The notes under the pieces: model-generated | What the model was told of the DNA's origin: nothing | The model's database searches: none | The model's input: only the letters and a program-made list of their open reading frames with translations | Program-made: the position numbers and the translations under genes | Shown here: positions 18,359 to 28,374 of the stretch, in pieces | Numbering within the stretch: position 1 is the stretch's first letter | Layout: every line of letters starts with the position of its first letter | NCBI GenBank assembly: GCA_040879645.1 | Contig: JBBDJY010000006.1 | Coordinates: forward strand, 94,240 to 158,239 | Length of the DNA stretch: 64,000 nucleotides | Direction of reading: 5' to 3' | Source of the DNA: Minisyncoccota bacterium | GTDB lineage: Bacteria > Patescibacteriota > Minisyncoccia > Phycocordibacterales > XYD1-FULL-46-19

Positions 18359-20354
18359 ACATCTCATTCTCAAAACTTTAACTCTCGGTAACGGCAACAT
18401 TCTGATTAACTTTGATAAGTTTGGCCAAGTCCGAGATTTTTATTATCCCTATATCGGTTTGGAAAACCATATCGGCAATCATTTACTGCACTCGATCGGT
18501 GTTTATGTTAACGGCGCCCAGTCTTGGCTTAATGACGGTTATTGGCAAATTAAAGTTGATTGCGATTCCGACACTTTCTCCGGCAAATTTACCGCTTTCA
18601 ATGAAGGCCTGGGGATCGAGTTGCGGTTTGTTGATGTTGTTTACAATGAAAAAAACATTTTTATCCGTCGAGCGATTGTCCACAATCATTCCGAAGACGA
18701 GCGGGAGATTAAAGTTTTTTTCTACCAGCAATTTGAGCTTTACGAATCACGGATGGCTCATACCGCTTATTATGACCCCGAACACAAAGCGATTATCCAC
18801 TATCGTAATAAACGAGCCTTTTTAATCGGTGGACAATTGGAAGGTCGGGATTGTTCCGACTTTACCACCGGCGTCTTTGAATCGGATGGCAAAGAGGGGA
18901 GTTATATTGATGTGACCGACGGTCAATTGGCCAAGAATCCGATTGAACACGGCCAAGTTGATTCGGTTATCGCTTTCGCCGCCAATTTCAAACCGGCCGA
19001 AGAAAAATTTCTTTATTACTGGGTCAATGTCGGCTTGTCGGTCGAGGAAGTACGGGAATTGGACAATTATATCAAACATAAAGGAGCCGGCTATTTAATC
19101 AAAACAACTCAAGATTTTTGGCATGCTTGGGTCACCCGTCGGGATTTTTCTTTTTACGGTTTGTCGTCGGAAGTCGTTTCCTTATTTAATAAGTCATTAT
19201 TCTATATTCGAGTCCATGCTGATGTCGATGGCGGGATTATCGCTTCCGGTGATTCCAGTATGCTTCATATGGGCAAGGATACTTATGCTTATGTTTGGCC
19301 ACGCGATGCCGCTTATGCTTGTCGAGCCCTGGACCAAGTTGGCGACTTTAATGTTACCGAGCGTTTTTACCAATTTTGTAATGAGGTGATTACGCCGGAT
19401 GGTTACTTTATGCATAAATACAGCCCGGATAAATCACTGGGCAGTTCTTGGCATGGTTGGTTGCAACCCAATGGTGAATTTCAATTGCCGATTCAAGAAG
19501 ACGAGACGGCGATTGTCTTAATCGTTTTATGGGATCATTACCGTTTGTCTAAAAATCTTGAATTTATTGAAGCTATTTATAATTCCTTGATTAAAAAGGC
19601 GGCTGATTTTATGGTTACTTTTCGTGATGAGGAGATGTTATTGCCCAAGCCTTCTTTCGGTTTATGGGAAGAAAAATTCGGCATTCATACCTACACCGCG
19701 GCGACGGTTTACGGGGCCTTGATTGCCGCCGCCAATTTTTCGCGCCTGTTGGGTAAAACCAAAAGCGAAAATCGTTATATCCGGGCGGCTAAGGAAATTA
19801 AGAGTGGTATTTTGCAGTATTTATACAATACCGATGAAGGAATTTTTTACAAAATGATCAATAAAAATGAAAACGGGGAAATCATTGCCGATCGGACACC
19901 GGATGTTTCTACTTTTTTCGGCTTATTCAATTTCGGGGTGTTAACCCCTGATGATCCGAAAATGATGGCGGTGGCCGAACAAATGAAGCGGGAGGCGGTG
20001 CCAAAGACCGACTTGGGCGGCTTTTGCCGGTATAAAGATGATCGTTATTATCGTCAGCCGGACAGTCGCCATTGTAATCCGTGGTTTGTGACCACTTTTT
20101 GGTACGCTCAATGGTTGATTGCCAAAGCCAAAAATGAAAAAGATTTGGCGGAGGTTAAAGAAATTTTGGCTTGGTCGGTCCGTTATGCCCAAACTTCCGG
20201 TATTTTATCCGAACAATTGGATGCGTCGAGTGGCCGGCAATTATCGGCCACCCCGCTGGTCTGGAGTCATGCCGAATTTGTTATGACCGTCGTTCAATAC
20301 TTGAATAAATTGGAAGAATTTGGTATTTGCCAAGCGGCCAATCCTATTGATTAG
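18348..20354 (+). CDS. Glycoside hydrolase family 15-like protein (glucoamylase/glucodextranase/trehalase type).
   Basis: WPRDAAY is the GH15 signature. The 668-aa ORF has an N-terminal beta-sandwich plus an (alpha/alpha)6 layout. Confidence 0.7.
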   Translation: MNSKHLILKTLTLGNGNILINFDKFGQVRDFYYPYIGLENHIGNHLLHSIGVYVNGAQSWLNDGYWQIKVDCDSDTFSGKFTAFNEGLGIELRFVDVVYNEKNIFIRRAIVHNHSEDEREIKVFFYQQFELYESRMAHTAYYDPEHKAIIHYRNKRAFLIGGQLEGRDCSDFTTGVFESDGKEGSYIDVTDGQLAKNPIEHGQVDSVIAFAANFKPAEEKFLYYWVNVGLSVEEVRELDNYIKHKGAGYLIKTTQDFWHAWVTRRDFSFYGLSSEVVSLFNKSLFYIRVHADVDGGIIASGDSSMLHMGKDTYAYVWPRDAAYACRALDQVGDFNVTERFYQFCNEVITPDGYFMHKYSPDKSLGSSWHGWLQPNGEFQLPIQEDETAIVLIVLWDHYRLSKNLEFIEAIYNSLIKKAADFMVTFRDEEMLLPKPSFGLWEEKFGIHTYTAATVYGALIAAANFSRLLGKTKSENRYIRAAKEIKSGILQYLYNTDEGIFYKMINKNENGEIIADRTPDVSTFFGLFNFGVLTPDDPKMMAVAEQMKREAVPKTDLGGFCRYKDDRYYRQPDSRHCNPWFVTTFWYAQWLIAKAKNEKDLAEVKEILAWSVRYAQTSGILSEQLDASSGRQLSATPLVWSHAEFVMTVVQYLNKLEEFGICQAANPID

Positions 20355-20418
20355 TCATTGGCGATTTTTGTTTTTGATTGTTATAATAACCGTTATTAAT
20401 AATTAATGTATTGGGACT

Positions 20419-20823
20419 ATGTCTAGCCAAAAACCTTATGTCGGCAACATTCCTGCCGAAACCGTGGATAATAGTAATTTCCGTCAAGTTATTTATACCG
20501 GGCCAAAAAGCCAATTGGTTTTAATGTCGCTTAAACCGGGTGAAGATATCGGAGCAGAAGTTCATCAAGTTGATCAATTTTTCCGGTTTGAAGCGGGTAC
20601 CGGACGAGCAATCGTTGACGGACAAGATTATGAAGTGGTTGATGGCAGCGCTCTTTTGGTGCCGGCCGGCGCTTCGCACAATGTCGAGAATACCGGTTCG
20701 GTCGACTTAAAATTCTATACCCTCTACGCACCGCCTAATCATATTGACGGTCGGATTCATCTGACGAAATCTGAGGCTGAAGCCGATACTGAAGACGAAG
20801 AGTTTGGCCATCGCTCCAGTTAA
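20419..20823 (+). CDS. Cupin-domain protein.
   Basis: 134 aa with a cupin_2-like motif pair (GAEVHQVDQ ... PAGASHNVENTG). Confidence 0.55.
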   Translation: MSSQKPYVGNIPAETVDNSNFRQVIYTGPKSQLVLMSLKPGEDIGAEVHQVDQFFRFEAGTGRAIVDGQDYEVVDGSALLVPAGASHNVENTGSVDLKFYTLYAPPNHIDGRIHLTKSEAEADTEDEEFGHRSS

Positions 20824-20970
20824 AACAAAAAAAGCTCCAAGTGTCAGCCGGTAAGAAGCCGACACTTGGAGCAGGAGCTACAGCATGGGGATGTCGTAGC
20901 TTTTCAACTATATCAGAATAGCAATAAAAAAGCAAGTTTTGGGCTTAATGGTCATTTTTGCTATAATCAA

Positions 20971-22047
20971 ATGATGGAATTTGCTTTAACTATTACTGTT
21001 TCGCTGATTATTGGTGCCGCTTTGGCCGCCTTGCTTGCTTATATTTTCTTGGCCGGCCGTCACTCTAACGGGTCGGCGACCCCGACTGAACCAAATCGGG
21101 ATTTTTTCTTACTGCAAGACCAAATCCGGCAATTAATTAAAACAGTAGATGACAAATTAGGCAGTTCAAATAAAGAGATGCAAGAGGCGGTTCGCCATCA
21201 ATTCGGCGAATCACAAAAATTAATTAGAGATATTACCGAAAAAGTGACTAAAGTTGAGGAATCCAGTCGTCAGGTTTTTACCGTTGCCGAAGCGTTGCAA
21301 AATTTGGAAAAAGTGCTCAAACACCAAAAACAACGGGGTAATCTCGGCGAGGCCGGTTTGGAACTCATTTTAAGTAATGTTTTACCACCAGGGCAATACA
21401 AAATGCAATACGCTTTTCGAGGTGGCGACCAGGTGGATGCGGTGATCATGACCAAGGAAGGGATGATACCGGTAGATGCCAAGTTTTCACTGGATAATTA
21501 CAACCGGATTATCAATGAAAATGATGATAATCGCCGAACGGAATTGGAAAAGATTTTCCGCGATGATTTGAAAAAGCGCATCAACGAAACGGCCAAATAC
21601 ATTCGGCCGGAAGAGGGGACCTTGCCGTTTGCTTTTATGTTTATTCCGGCCGAGGGGATTTATTACGATCTGTTGGTTAATGAAGTCGGAGCGATTAAAA
21701 GCAATACCCGTAGTCTGATTGATTATGCCTATCGGGATAAAAATGTCATTGTCGTTTCGCCGACGACCTTTGCCGCCTATCTCCAGTCGGTTATATATGG
21801 CTTTAGGGCGTTTAAAATTGAGGAAGGGGCCAAAGAAATCCGTCAACGAGTGGGGGAGTTAGGCAAGCATTTGGCCGCTTATGACCAATTTATGGCTAAA
21901 TTGGGCAATTCGCTTGGGACGACGGTTAATCATTACAATACCGCTCACAAGGAATTAAAGAAAATAGACAAAGACGTGGTGCGTATTAATGGCGAGAGCG
22001 CCGGGATTGAACCGGTGGTTTTGGATCGACCCCGAACGGACGACTAG
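20971..22047 (+). CDS. rmuC: DNA recombination protein RmuC. The start was moved to MMEFALT; the listed ORF starts at 20866.
   Basis: N-terminal transmembrane helix, long coiled-coil, and a C-terminal LPFAFMFIPAEGIYYDLL region. A TATAAT box ends 3 nt before the ATG. Confidence 0.65.
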   Translation: MMEFALTITVSLIIGAALAALLAYIFLAGRHSNGSATPTEPNRDFFLLQDQIRQLIKTVDDKLGSSNKEMQEAVRHQFGESQKLIRDITEKVTKVEESSRQVFTVAEALQNLEKVLKHQKQRGNLGEAGLELILSNVLPPGQYKMQYAFRGGDQVDAVIMTKEGMIPVDAKFSLDNYNRIINENDDNRRTELEKIFRDDLKKRINETAKYIRPEEGTLPFAFMFIPAEGIYYDLLVNEVGAIKSNTRSLIDYAYRDKNVIVVSPTTFAAYLQSVIYGFRAFKIEEGAKEIRQRVGELGKHLAAYDQFMAKLGNSLGTTVNHYNTAHKELKKIDKDVVRINGESAGIEPVVLDRPRTDD

Positions 22048-22048
22048 T

Positions 22049-22090
22049 CGTATTTTGTCAAGGTGTCACCTTGACAAAATACTATTCGGT
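22049..22090 (+). terminator. Perfect 16-bp inverted-repeat hairpin after rmuC; a terminator, or possibly a protein-binding site.
   Basis: gtattttgtcaaggtg / tcaccttgacaaaatac. Confidence 0.55.
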
Positions 22091-22147
22091 GGATGAATAA
22101 TCGGTATAATCTTGCCTAAAAGCTCATTTTATGTATAATAATCTTGT

Positions 22148-22480
22148 ATGACATTCGCCATTATTGAAACTGGAGGTAAGCAATACAAGGTCGCCGAAGG
22201 GGAGACCCTGAAGGTGGAAAAATTGCCGGCCCCGGAAAAAGGTCAGACCATCACCTTTGATAAGGTGCTTTTGATTGATGACGGTAAGGAAACCAAAATC
22301 GGTGATCCTTATTTGGCGGGCGTGACGGTTACCGCCGATTGGCTACAAACCGGCCGGAGTAAAAAAGTCACGGTGTTGAAATTCAAGAATAAAATTCGCT
22401 ATAAAAAAGTCTATGGCCACCGCCAACCCTTTACTGAAGTCAAAATTGCCGGTCTAAAAACTAAAACCGCTAAAAATTAA
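22148..22480 (+). CDS. rplU: 50S ribosomal protein L21.
   Basis: MTFAIIETGGKQYKV..., 110 aa. Confidence 0.9.
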   Translation: MTFAIIETGGKQYKVAEGETLKVEKLPAPEKGQTITFDKVLLIDDGKETKIGDPYLAGVTVTADWLQTGRSKKVTVLKFKNKIRYKKVYGHRQPFTEVKIAGLKTKTAKN

Positions 22481-22481
22481 A

Positions 22482-22506
22482 AACCCCGGAAAACCGGGGT
22501 TTTTAA
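22482..22506 (+). terminator. Rho-independent terminator after rplU.
   Basis: ccccggaaaaccgggg followed by ttttt. Confidence 0.85.
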
Positions 22507-22562
22507 TTAGTCCAATACCGAGGTTAAACCTCGGTATTGGAGGTTAAACCTCGGTATTGGAT
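22507..22562. repeat. Two tandem copies of the CCGAGGTTAAACCTCGGTATTGG palindromic repeat.
   Basis: ccaataccgaggttaaacctcggtattgg aggttaaacctcggtattgg. Confidence 0.85.
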
Positions 22563-22592
22563 TTGCAGCAATCCCGGCTTTCCCCGGCTATT

Positions 22593-23201
22593 TTAATGGC
22601 GGTTTTTAAGGGCATCATCCAAGGTGCGATAGTCGGAATATTCAAGTTCGGTACCGGTGGAGAGACCGCGACCAAGGAGGGAGATTTTGAAATTAAGGTC
22701 GCGCGCTAATTCGGCTAATTCGCTTCGCAGGTATTCGGCGGTGGCATCACCTGAATCGGAGACGGCCAGAGCGATAATCACTTCTTGCGGTTTAAGTTTT
22801 TTGAGGCCGGCTTTTAATTCGGTCAAACGAATCCTTTGTCCCGGTTTTTTTTCTAAAACCGGAATCAGGCCACCTAAGACAAAAAACAAACCGGCGTAGA
22901 CATCGGTCTTGCGAATTGTTTCCAAATCGGCATCTTTCTCGACAATCATTAAACTGTGTTTATCTCGGCTCTGATCGGAACAAAGATTACAAATTGTTTG
23001 ATTGTTGCCAGTGAAATAACGGTAGCATTGCCGGCACTGGCCGGTGTGGACACGCAACTGGCTAATAGTTTCGGCTAAACGTCGGACATTTTCCGGATTA
23101 TCTCTGAGGAGATGATAAACAAACCGGCGTGCTTGACGCGGACCGATACCCGGAAAGCGGATAAACATCGCGGTTAATTTTTCGATGAGATTATCCGTCA
23201 T
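22593..23201 (-). CDS. recR: Recombination protein RecR. The start was moved to MTDNLIEKL; the listed ORF extends to 23360.
   Basis: N-terminal HhH region (FIRFPGIGPRQARRF), a Cys4 zinc finger (CRQC...CNLC) and a Toprim domain. The gene abuts the dnaB stop. Confidence 0.85.
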   Translation of the reverse strand: MTDNLIEKLTAMFIRFPGIGPRQARRFVYHLLRDNPENVRRLAETISQLRVHTGQCRQCYRYFTGNNQTICNLCSDQSRDKHSLMIVEKDADLETIRKTDVYAGLFFVLGGLIPVLEKKPGQRIRLTELKAGLKKLKPQEVIIALAVSDSGDATAEYLRSELAELARDLNFKISLLGRGLSTGTELEYSDYRTLDDALKNRH

Positions 23202-23202
23202 A

Positions 23203-24567
23203 TCAGAAAGAACCGAAATCACCCTTTTCAATGGTATTAAAGCTGACTTTTTGTTCGTCAAAATACAGCTCAATCTTACCGACCGGTCCGTTACGGTGTT
23301 TTTCGACCAAGATCTCCACAATGTTTTTCTTTTCCGTCGAATCATCATATTTATCTTCACGATGGATAAACATCACGACGTCGGCGTCTTGCTCAATTGA
23401 TCCCGAATCACGAAGGTCGGATAAGCGCGGCCGGCCACCGCGGGCCTCAACCGCCCGGGATAATTGCGACAGGGCAATGACCGGCACTTCCAATTCGCGG
23501 GCCAAGCCCTTAAGTGAGCGAGAAATTTCGGTAACCATTTGGACCATAGAATCGGATGAGCGCTGAGGAGTCATTAATTGCAGATAGTCAACGATAATTA
23601 AACCGAGATTATGTTCGGCTTTAAGTCGACGGGCGACCGCCTTCATCTTCATAATATTATTGGACGGTTCGTCATCAATAAAGATTGGTGCTTTAGACAG
23701 TGAATCCAGGGCATCACGAATACGGGAAAATTCATCATCCGCCGAGATTTTACCGGTACGCAATTTCCAAGAATTAACCCGGGCCTCGGCGGCGATGATC
23801 CGATCCACTAATTGTTGAGTACTCATTTCCAGAGAGAAAATAGCCGTACTGATATTTTGCCGGCAAGCAACGTTCCGGACAATATCCAGGGCTAGCGAAG
23901 TCTTACCGACGGACGGCCGGGCGGCGAGAATAATCAAGTCGGATTTTTGAAAACCGGCTAAGAGATTATCCAAATCGCGAAAACCACTCGGAATGCCGCG
24001 AATCCCTTCTTTTGATTTATTCAGTTTATCAAAGCGGTCCCAAGCATCGGCTAAAGTGTCTTTAATATTGGTAAAAGTCTTTTTGGTAAAATTAGTTAGG
24101 GCAAAAATAATTTTTTCGGCTTGATCCAAAGTGGAATCCAAGTCCTCGGATTCGTTGTAGCCAAGTTCTAGGATATTATCAGCCGATTCAATCAATTTAC
24201 GCAAGGAAGCTTTTTTAGCCACTAATTCGGCGTAATATTTAATATTGGAAGCGGTTGGTACAGCGTTGGTTAATTCGGACAGATAACTGGCCCCGCCGGC
24301 TTGTTCCAATTTTTTTTGATTTTTGAGAAAAGAGTTTAAAGATACCAAGTCTATCGGTTCATGCTTTTCATTCAAGGCCAACATCGCTTGAAAAATGGTT
24401 CGATGTTTAAAACTGTAAAAAGAAGCCGGGATAACGGAGTCTCCGATTTCGTAAATGGAATCGGGTTTGAGCATAATTGCACCCAAAAGCGCCTGTTCAG
24501 CACCGAGATCTTGAGGCGGGATTTTTAGGGGACTTTTTTGAAATGGTTTTTCCGTATAGGTGGGCAT
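23203..24567 (-). CDS. dnaB: Replicative DNA helicase DnaB.
   Basis: 454 aa. Walker A ARPSVGKTSLAL, an N-terminal DnaB domain and a RecA-like C-terminal domain. Confidence 0.9.
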   Translation of the reverse strand: MPTYTEKPFQKSPLKIPPQDLGAEQALLGAIMLKPDSIYEIGDSVIPASFYSFKHRTIFQAMLALNEKHEPIDLVSLNSFLKNQKKLEQAGGASYLSELTNAVPTASNIKYYAELVAKKASLRKLIESADNILELGYNESEDLDSTLDQAEKIIFALTNFTKKTFTNIKDTLADAWDRFDKLNKSKEGIRGIPSGFRDLDNLLAGFQKSDLIILAARPSVGKTSLALDIVRNVACRQNISTAIFSLEMSTQQLVDRIIAAEARVNSWKLRTGKISADDEFSRIRDALDSLSKAPIFIDDEPSNNIMKMKAVARRLKAEHNLGLIIVDYLQLMTPQRSSDSMVQMVTEISRSLKGLARELEVPVIALSQLSRAVEARGGRPRLSDLRDSGSIEQDADVVMFIHREDKYDDSTEKKNIVEILVEKHRNGPVGKIELYFDEQKVSFNTIEKGDFGSF

Positions 24568-24707
24568 CTAAAGATTGTAACATAAAGCCCTAATCGGCCG
24601 ATGAGTAAAAACGGCTAAAAATAGTCAAACCGAATCAATTCGGGTAATAAGTGTGGACAACTCAAATGAGATTTTTTAATAGTCAGTGGCTTAGGCTTAC
24701 GGCCGGG

Positions 24708-26102
24708 CTAGGTAGGCAAAATCATTTCCAGGGATTTAGGCAAGAGAATTGGGCCGGTTGGCGTGTCTTTGACGATCAGGCCGGTTTTGGCGATTTCTGC
24801 CCGCAGGCGGTCGGCTTCGGCCCAGTCGGTGTTTTCTCGGGCCTGTTCTCTTTTTTGTATCAGTTCTTTTACTTCTTTGCTTGGTTCGGGGGTGTTGATT
24901 TCATCAAGACCCAAACCAAGATAATGGTCAAGGTTAAGGAGGGTTTCGCACTTGTCGGCAACTGATAATTGCTCGTCGGCAATTAACTGCCAGAGGATAG
25001 GCAGGGCTTGCGGGGTATTAAGGTCATCAGCCAACACGGCTTGGTATTTTTGCCGGTAAGCATCATTAACTTGCCCGCCGGCGGTATGGTTGTTTTCTAT
25101 CAAGAAATGGGCCAATTTAAGCAGGGCGACTTCAGCGCCGGCCAGCGCCGCCAGTGAAAAATTTATTTTTTGTCGGTAATGGGCGCCAAGATAAAGATAG
25201 CGTAAAGCTAGGGGATGATGACCTTTTTCTTTGATATCGTCCAAGGTTAGAAAATTACCGGCCGATTTGGCCATTTTTGCTTCACCGGTAACAACGAAAG
25301 CGTTATGGAGCCAATAGTTGGCCAGCGGTTTGCCGGTAACCGCTTCGGCTTGAGCTCGTTCATTAATGTGGTGGATGGGGATATGATCGGCCCCACCGGT
25401 GTGAATATCAAAGGTCTCGCCGAGATATTTCATACTCATGGCCGAACATTCAATATGCCAACCGGGAAAGCCGGTACCAAAAGGCGAGGGCCATTCTTGT
25501 TCCCGTTTGTCGGCCGGTTGGGAAAATTTCCATAAAGCAAAATCCCGGGGGTTTTTCTTTTCCGGATTTCTTTTAATTCGGCTTGATTTTGTTGATTTTT
25601 CGGTGACTGGATTCTCGTAATCAGGGTATTGGCCGGTGTCAAAATAAAGACCGTCACTTATTTGATAGGCGAGACCTTTGGCCAGGAGTTTTTCAATCAA
25701 GGCGATTTGTTCGGCAATATGGTCGGTGGCTTTGGGAAAGGAATATTCAGCAATCTTGATATTTAAGGCGGTCAAGTCTTTAAAAAATAACTCACTATAC
25801 TCGGCGCTCAAAGCGGCCGCGGTTTTTTTCTCCCGACGAGCGGCGACTTCCACTTTATCTTCACCATCATCACCGTCATCGGTTAAATGCCCGACGTCGG
25901 TGATATTAATGAGGTGCTTGACGGTAAAACCTTCAGTGACAAAAAGGCGATGAAGAGTATCGGCAAAAACATATGAACGCAGATTGCCGATATGGGCCGG
26001 ATAGTAAACCGTCGGTCCGCAAGTATAAATACCGACGGTTTTTGGTTTTAAGGGCGTGAATTCACGGCGAGTGCCACTTAAGGTATCAAATAATTCAATC
26101 AT
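24708..26102 (-). CDS. cysS: Cysteinyl-tRNA synthetase.
   Basis: TCGPTVYYPAHIGN (HIGH) and KMAKS (KMSKS), 464 aa. Confidence 0.85.
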   Translation of the reverse strand: MIELFDTLSGTRREFTPLKPKTVGIYTCGPTVYYPAHIGNLRSYVFADTLHRLFVTEGFTVKHLINITDVGHLTDDGDDGEDKVEVAARREKKTAAALSAEYSELFFKDLTALNIKIAEYSFPKATDHIAEQIALIEKLLAKGLAYQISDGLYFDTGQYPDYENPVTEKSTKSSRIKRNPEKKNPRDFALWKFSQPADKREQEWPSPFGTGFPGWHIECSAMSMKYLGETFDIHTGGADHIPIHHINERAQAEAVTGKPLANYWLHNAFVVTGEAKMAKSAGNFLTLDDIKEKGHHPLALRYLYLGAHYRQKINFSLAALAGAEVALLKLAHFLIENNHTAGGQVNDAYRQKYQAVLADDLNTPQALPILWQLIADEQLSVADKCETLLNLDHYLGLGLDEINTPEPSKEVKELIQKREQARENTDWAEADRLRAEIAKTGLIVKDTPTGPILLPKSLEMILPT

Positions 26103-26135
26103 TGGCTTTAGAATATCATAAGGTTGGTTCGGTTG

Positions 26136-26978
26136 CTACCGGTAAAAAATTATCAGCCAAACCATAATGATTAAAATAAATAGACCAAGACCAAAGAACC
26201 TTTGTCGGCGGCGGAAAGTCCTGTCGGTGGTAATGAGTAAAATTATCTCGTTTTGGTATTTAAGGGTTAGACTCAAGCGTTTAAGAGCCGATAGGGCTTT
26301 TTGCAGAGCCAGAAAGCGTCGTTTAATCAGCAGGCCGTTTTGTTCACGTGGGCCAAAAAAATGTAAACAAGCCGGAATCAAACGGCGAATGGTCGGTTCG
26401 TGGACATTGATGAGTTTTTGCCGGGAGTTAATGTCCTGACGATTTTTTTTCAAATGGGTCAGTCTGGCCGATACCGGTTGACGGTGGAGTAATTTTAATT
26501 TTTGATCTTCCGCCTTTATTTCTTTGAGTAGGGATAAGTAAAGGTCGTTTAAAATACCGCCCAAGATAAATCCGGCCGGGGAGTCTCGACCGATAATCGG
26601 TTGTTTCCGCCTATTTGCCGGTTGGAAAATTCGACTGAATTCGGCCAAAGCGGCGATTGGTCGGTCGTGCAGGGTAACGATTAATTTCGATCCGATAATA
26701 AAGCGGACAATTGTCACTGAATCGGTCTTTTGGTCAGCAAAAGAAGAAGCGGGCCAAGGTAAAGCCAAATAACCATAATCGTCAATGGTAAAAAATTCCG
26801 CACCGGTTTCAACCGGAGGAGTGTTCATGGCGAGTCGAGCTTTAATTTTATCAGGCAATTTATATTGGCCGGCCAGTTTTTCCACATCGGTCATTGACGG
26901 TCTTTCCAGGTCAAGCCAAATAATACCATTTTGTTTTAATTGTCGGATCACACGAGTGGAAATTAAAATTAGCAACAA
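26136..26978 (-). CDS. Hypothetical protein with a CorA-like N-terminal domain and a single C-terminal transmembrane helix. It lacks the GMN motif and a second transmembrane helix, so it may be truncated.
   Basis: 280 aa, C-terminus FFGLGLFILIIMVWLIIFYR. The resemblance to CorA is weak and by eye only. Confidence 0.3.
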   Translation of the reverse strand: MLLILISTRVIRQLKQNGIIWLDLERPSMTDVEKLAGQYKLPDKIKARLAMNTPPVETGAEFFTIDDYGYLALPWPASSFADQKTDSVTIVRFIIGSKLIVTLHDRPIAALAEFSRIFQPANRRKQPIIGRDSPAGFILGGILNDLYLSLLKEIKAEDQKLKLLHRQPVSARLTHLKKNRQDINSRQKLINVHEPTIRRLIPACLHFFGPREQNGLLIKRRFLALQKALSALKRLSLTLKYQNEIILLITTDRTFRRRQRFFGLGLFILIIMVWLIIFYR

Positions 26979-27072
26979 GCGGAACGATTTAAGTATAGAG
27001 GGAATTTAATTTTTTGTATATTGTCGGTCGCTTTAATTTGACGACCAACCGGTCGTTTGCGATAATAACAAA

Positions 27073-28308
27073 ATGAGACGCTTAATGGTTTTCCTGATTA
27101 CTTTGTCTGTTTTTATCGTCGGCTGGGGCGGCGCTTTTTTTGTCGGTACTTATTACGGTTATACCAATCGTCCGGCGATTGAAAGCGTTACCGCTTTATA
27201 TAATAAAGAAGAAGATAAACCGCCGACCGTTGATTTTTCGGTTTTTTGGGAAGCTTGGAAGGTGCTGGATGAAAAGTATGTTGACACCAATTCAGATAAT
27301 CGACCGGCGGTAACTGATGAGCAAAAGGTCTGGGGAGCGATTCAGGGCTTAACCCAATCCTTGGGTGATCCTTATACCGTCTTTTTGCCACCGGAAGAAA
27401 AAAAGCAATTTGAAGACGATATTGCCGGTAATTTTAGCGGCGTGGGGATGGAAATCGGCATTCGTGACGGCCAGTTGACGGTGGTGGCTCCGTTGCCAAA
27501 TACACCGGCCAAAAAAGCCGGGATTTTGGCCGGTGACCGGATCATCAAGATCGACGGTGAAGAAACCACTAAAATGAATGTTAATGAAGCAGTGAAAAAC
27601 ATTCGTGGCCCGAAGGGAGAGCCGGTTACTCTGACTATCAAGCGAGGGGAGTCCACTGAAGAATTAAGTATCACCATTGTTCGAGATGATATTCAGATCC
27701 CGACCATTGATACCGAGTTATTAGCCGAGGGAATCTTTGTTATCCGGTTGTATAATTTTTCCGCTCCGGCCCCTGATCTGTTTCGTAAGGGTCTGGAAGA
27801 ATTTATTGACTCGGGAGCGAATAAATTAATTTTGGATCTGCGGGGTAATCCGGGTGGTTATTTGGAGGCAGCGATTCATATTTCCAGCTGGTTCTTACCG
27901 GACGACAAAACGGTGGTAGTGGAGAAAAAAGGACAAGTGGACAAGGAAACGGTTCATAAAAGTTACGGTTTTGATGTCTTTACCGATCAACTGAAAATGG
28001 TTGTCTTGATCGACCAAGGGAGCGCCTCGGCTTCGGAAATTGTCGCCGGCGCTTTGCGGGGAAATGGAGCGGCCACTTTAATCGGTCAAAAAACTTTCGG
28101 CAAGGGCTCGGTTCAAGAATTAGTCTCCTTATCCGGCGATACCTCACTTAAGGTGACGGTTGCCCGTTGGTATACGCCGGACGGTCACTCGATTTCGGCT
28201 GACGGCTTGGAGCCGGATATCGTCGTTGATTGGACGGAAGAGGATGCTCAAGCCGGTCGTGATCCGCAATTAAGCCGAGCCATCGATTATTTAACCACCG
28301 GCCGGTAG
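27073..28308 (+). CDS. Carboxyl-terminal processing protease (S41, Ctp/Prc family) with a PDZ domain.
   Basis: N-terminal transmembrane anchor, PDZ segment GDRIIKIDGEET, and the S41 motifs GQKTFGKGSVQ and LIDQGSASASE. Confidence 0.85.
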   Translation: MRRLMVFLITLSVFIVGWGGAFFVGTYYGYTNRPAIESVTALYNKEEDKPPTVDFSVFWEAWKVLDEKYVDTNSDNRPAVTDEQKVWGAIQGLTQSLGDPYTVFLPPEEKKQFEDDIAGNFSGVGMEIGIRDGQLTVVAPLPNTPAKKAGILAGDRIIKIDGEETTKMNVNEAVKNIRGPKGEPVTLTIKRGESTEELSITIVRDDIQIPTIDTELLAEGIFVIRLYNFSAPAPDLFRKGLEEFIDSGANKLILDLRGNPGGYLEAAIHISSWFLPDDKTVVVEKKGQVDKETVHKSYGFDVFTDQLKMVVLIDQGSASASEIVAGALRGNGAATLIGQKTFGKGSVQELVSLSGDTSLKVTVARWYTPDGHSISADGLEPDIVVDWTEEDAQAGRDPQLSRAIDYLTTGR

Positions 28309-28374
28309 TTGGCCCGTTGTCTGGACAAGAGGCGTTTTTTGGTGTAAATTAGATTTAAAGTAAGATAAATAAAT

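Noticed and set aside
10541-22562. A CRISPR array formed by the GAGGTTAAACCTC repeats.
   Set aside because: There are only one or two copies per locus, no regular spacers and no cas genes. The unit is a palindromic intergenic repeat family.
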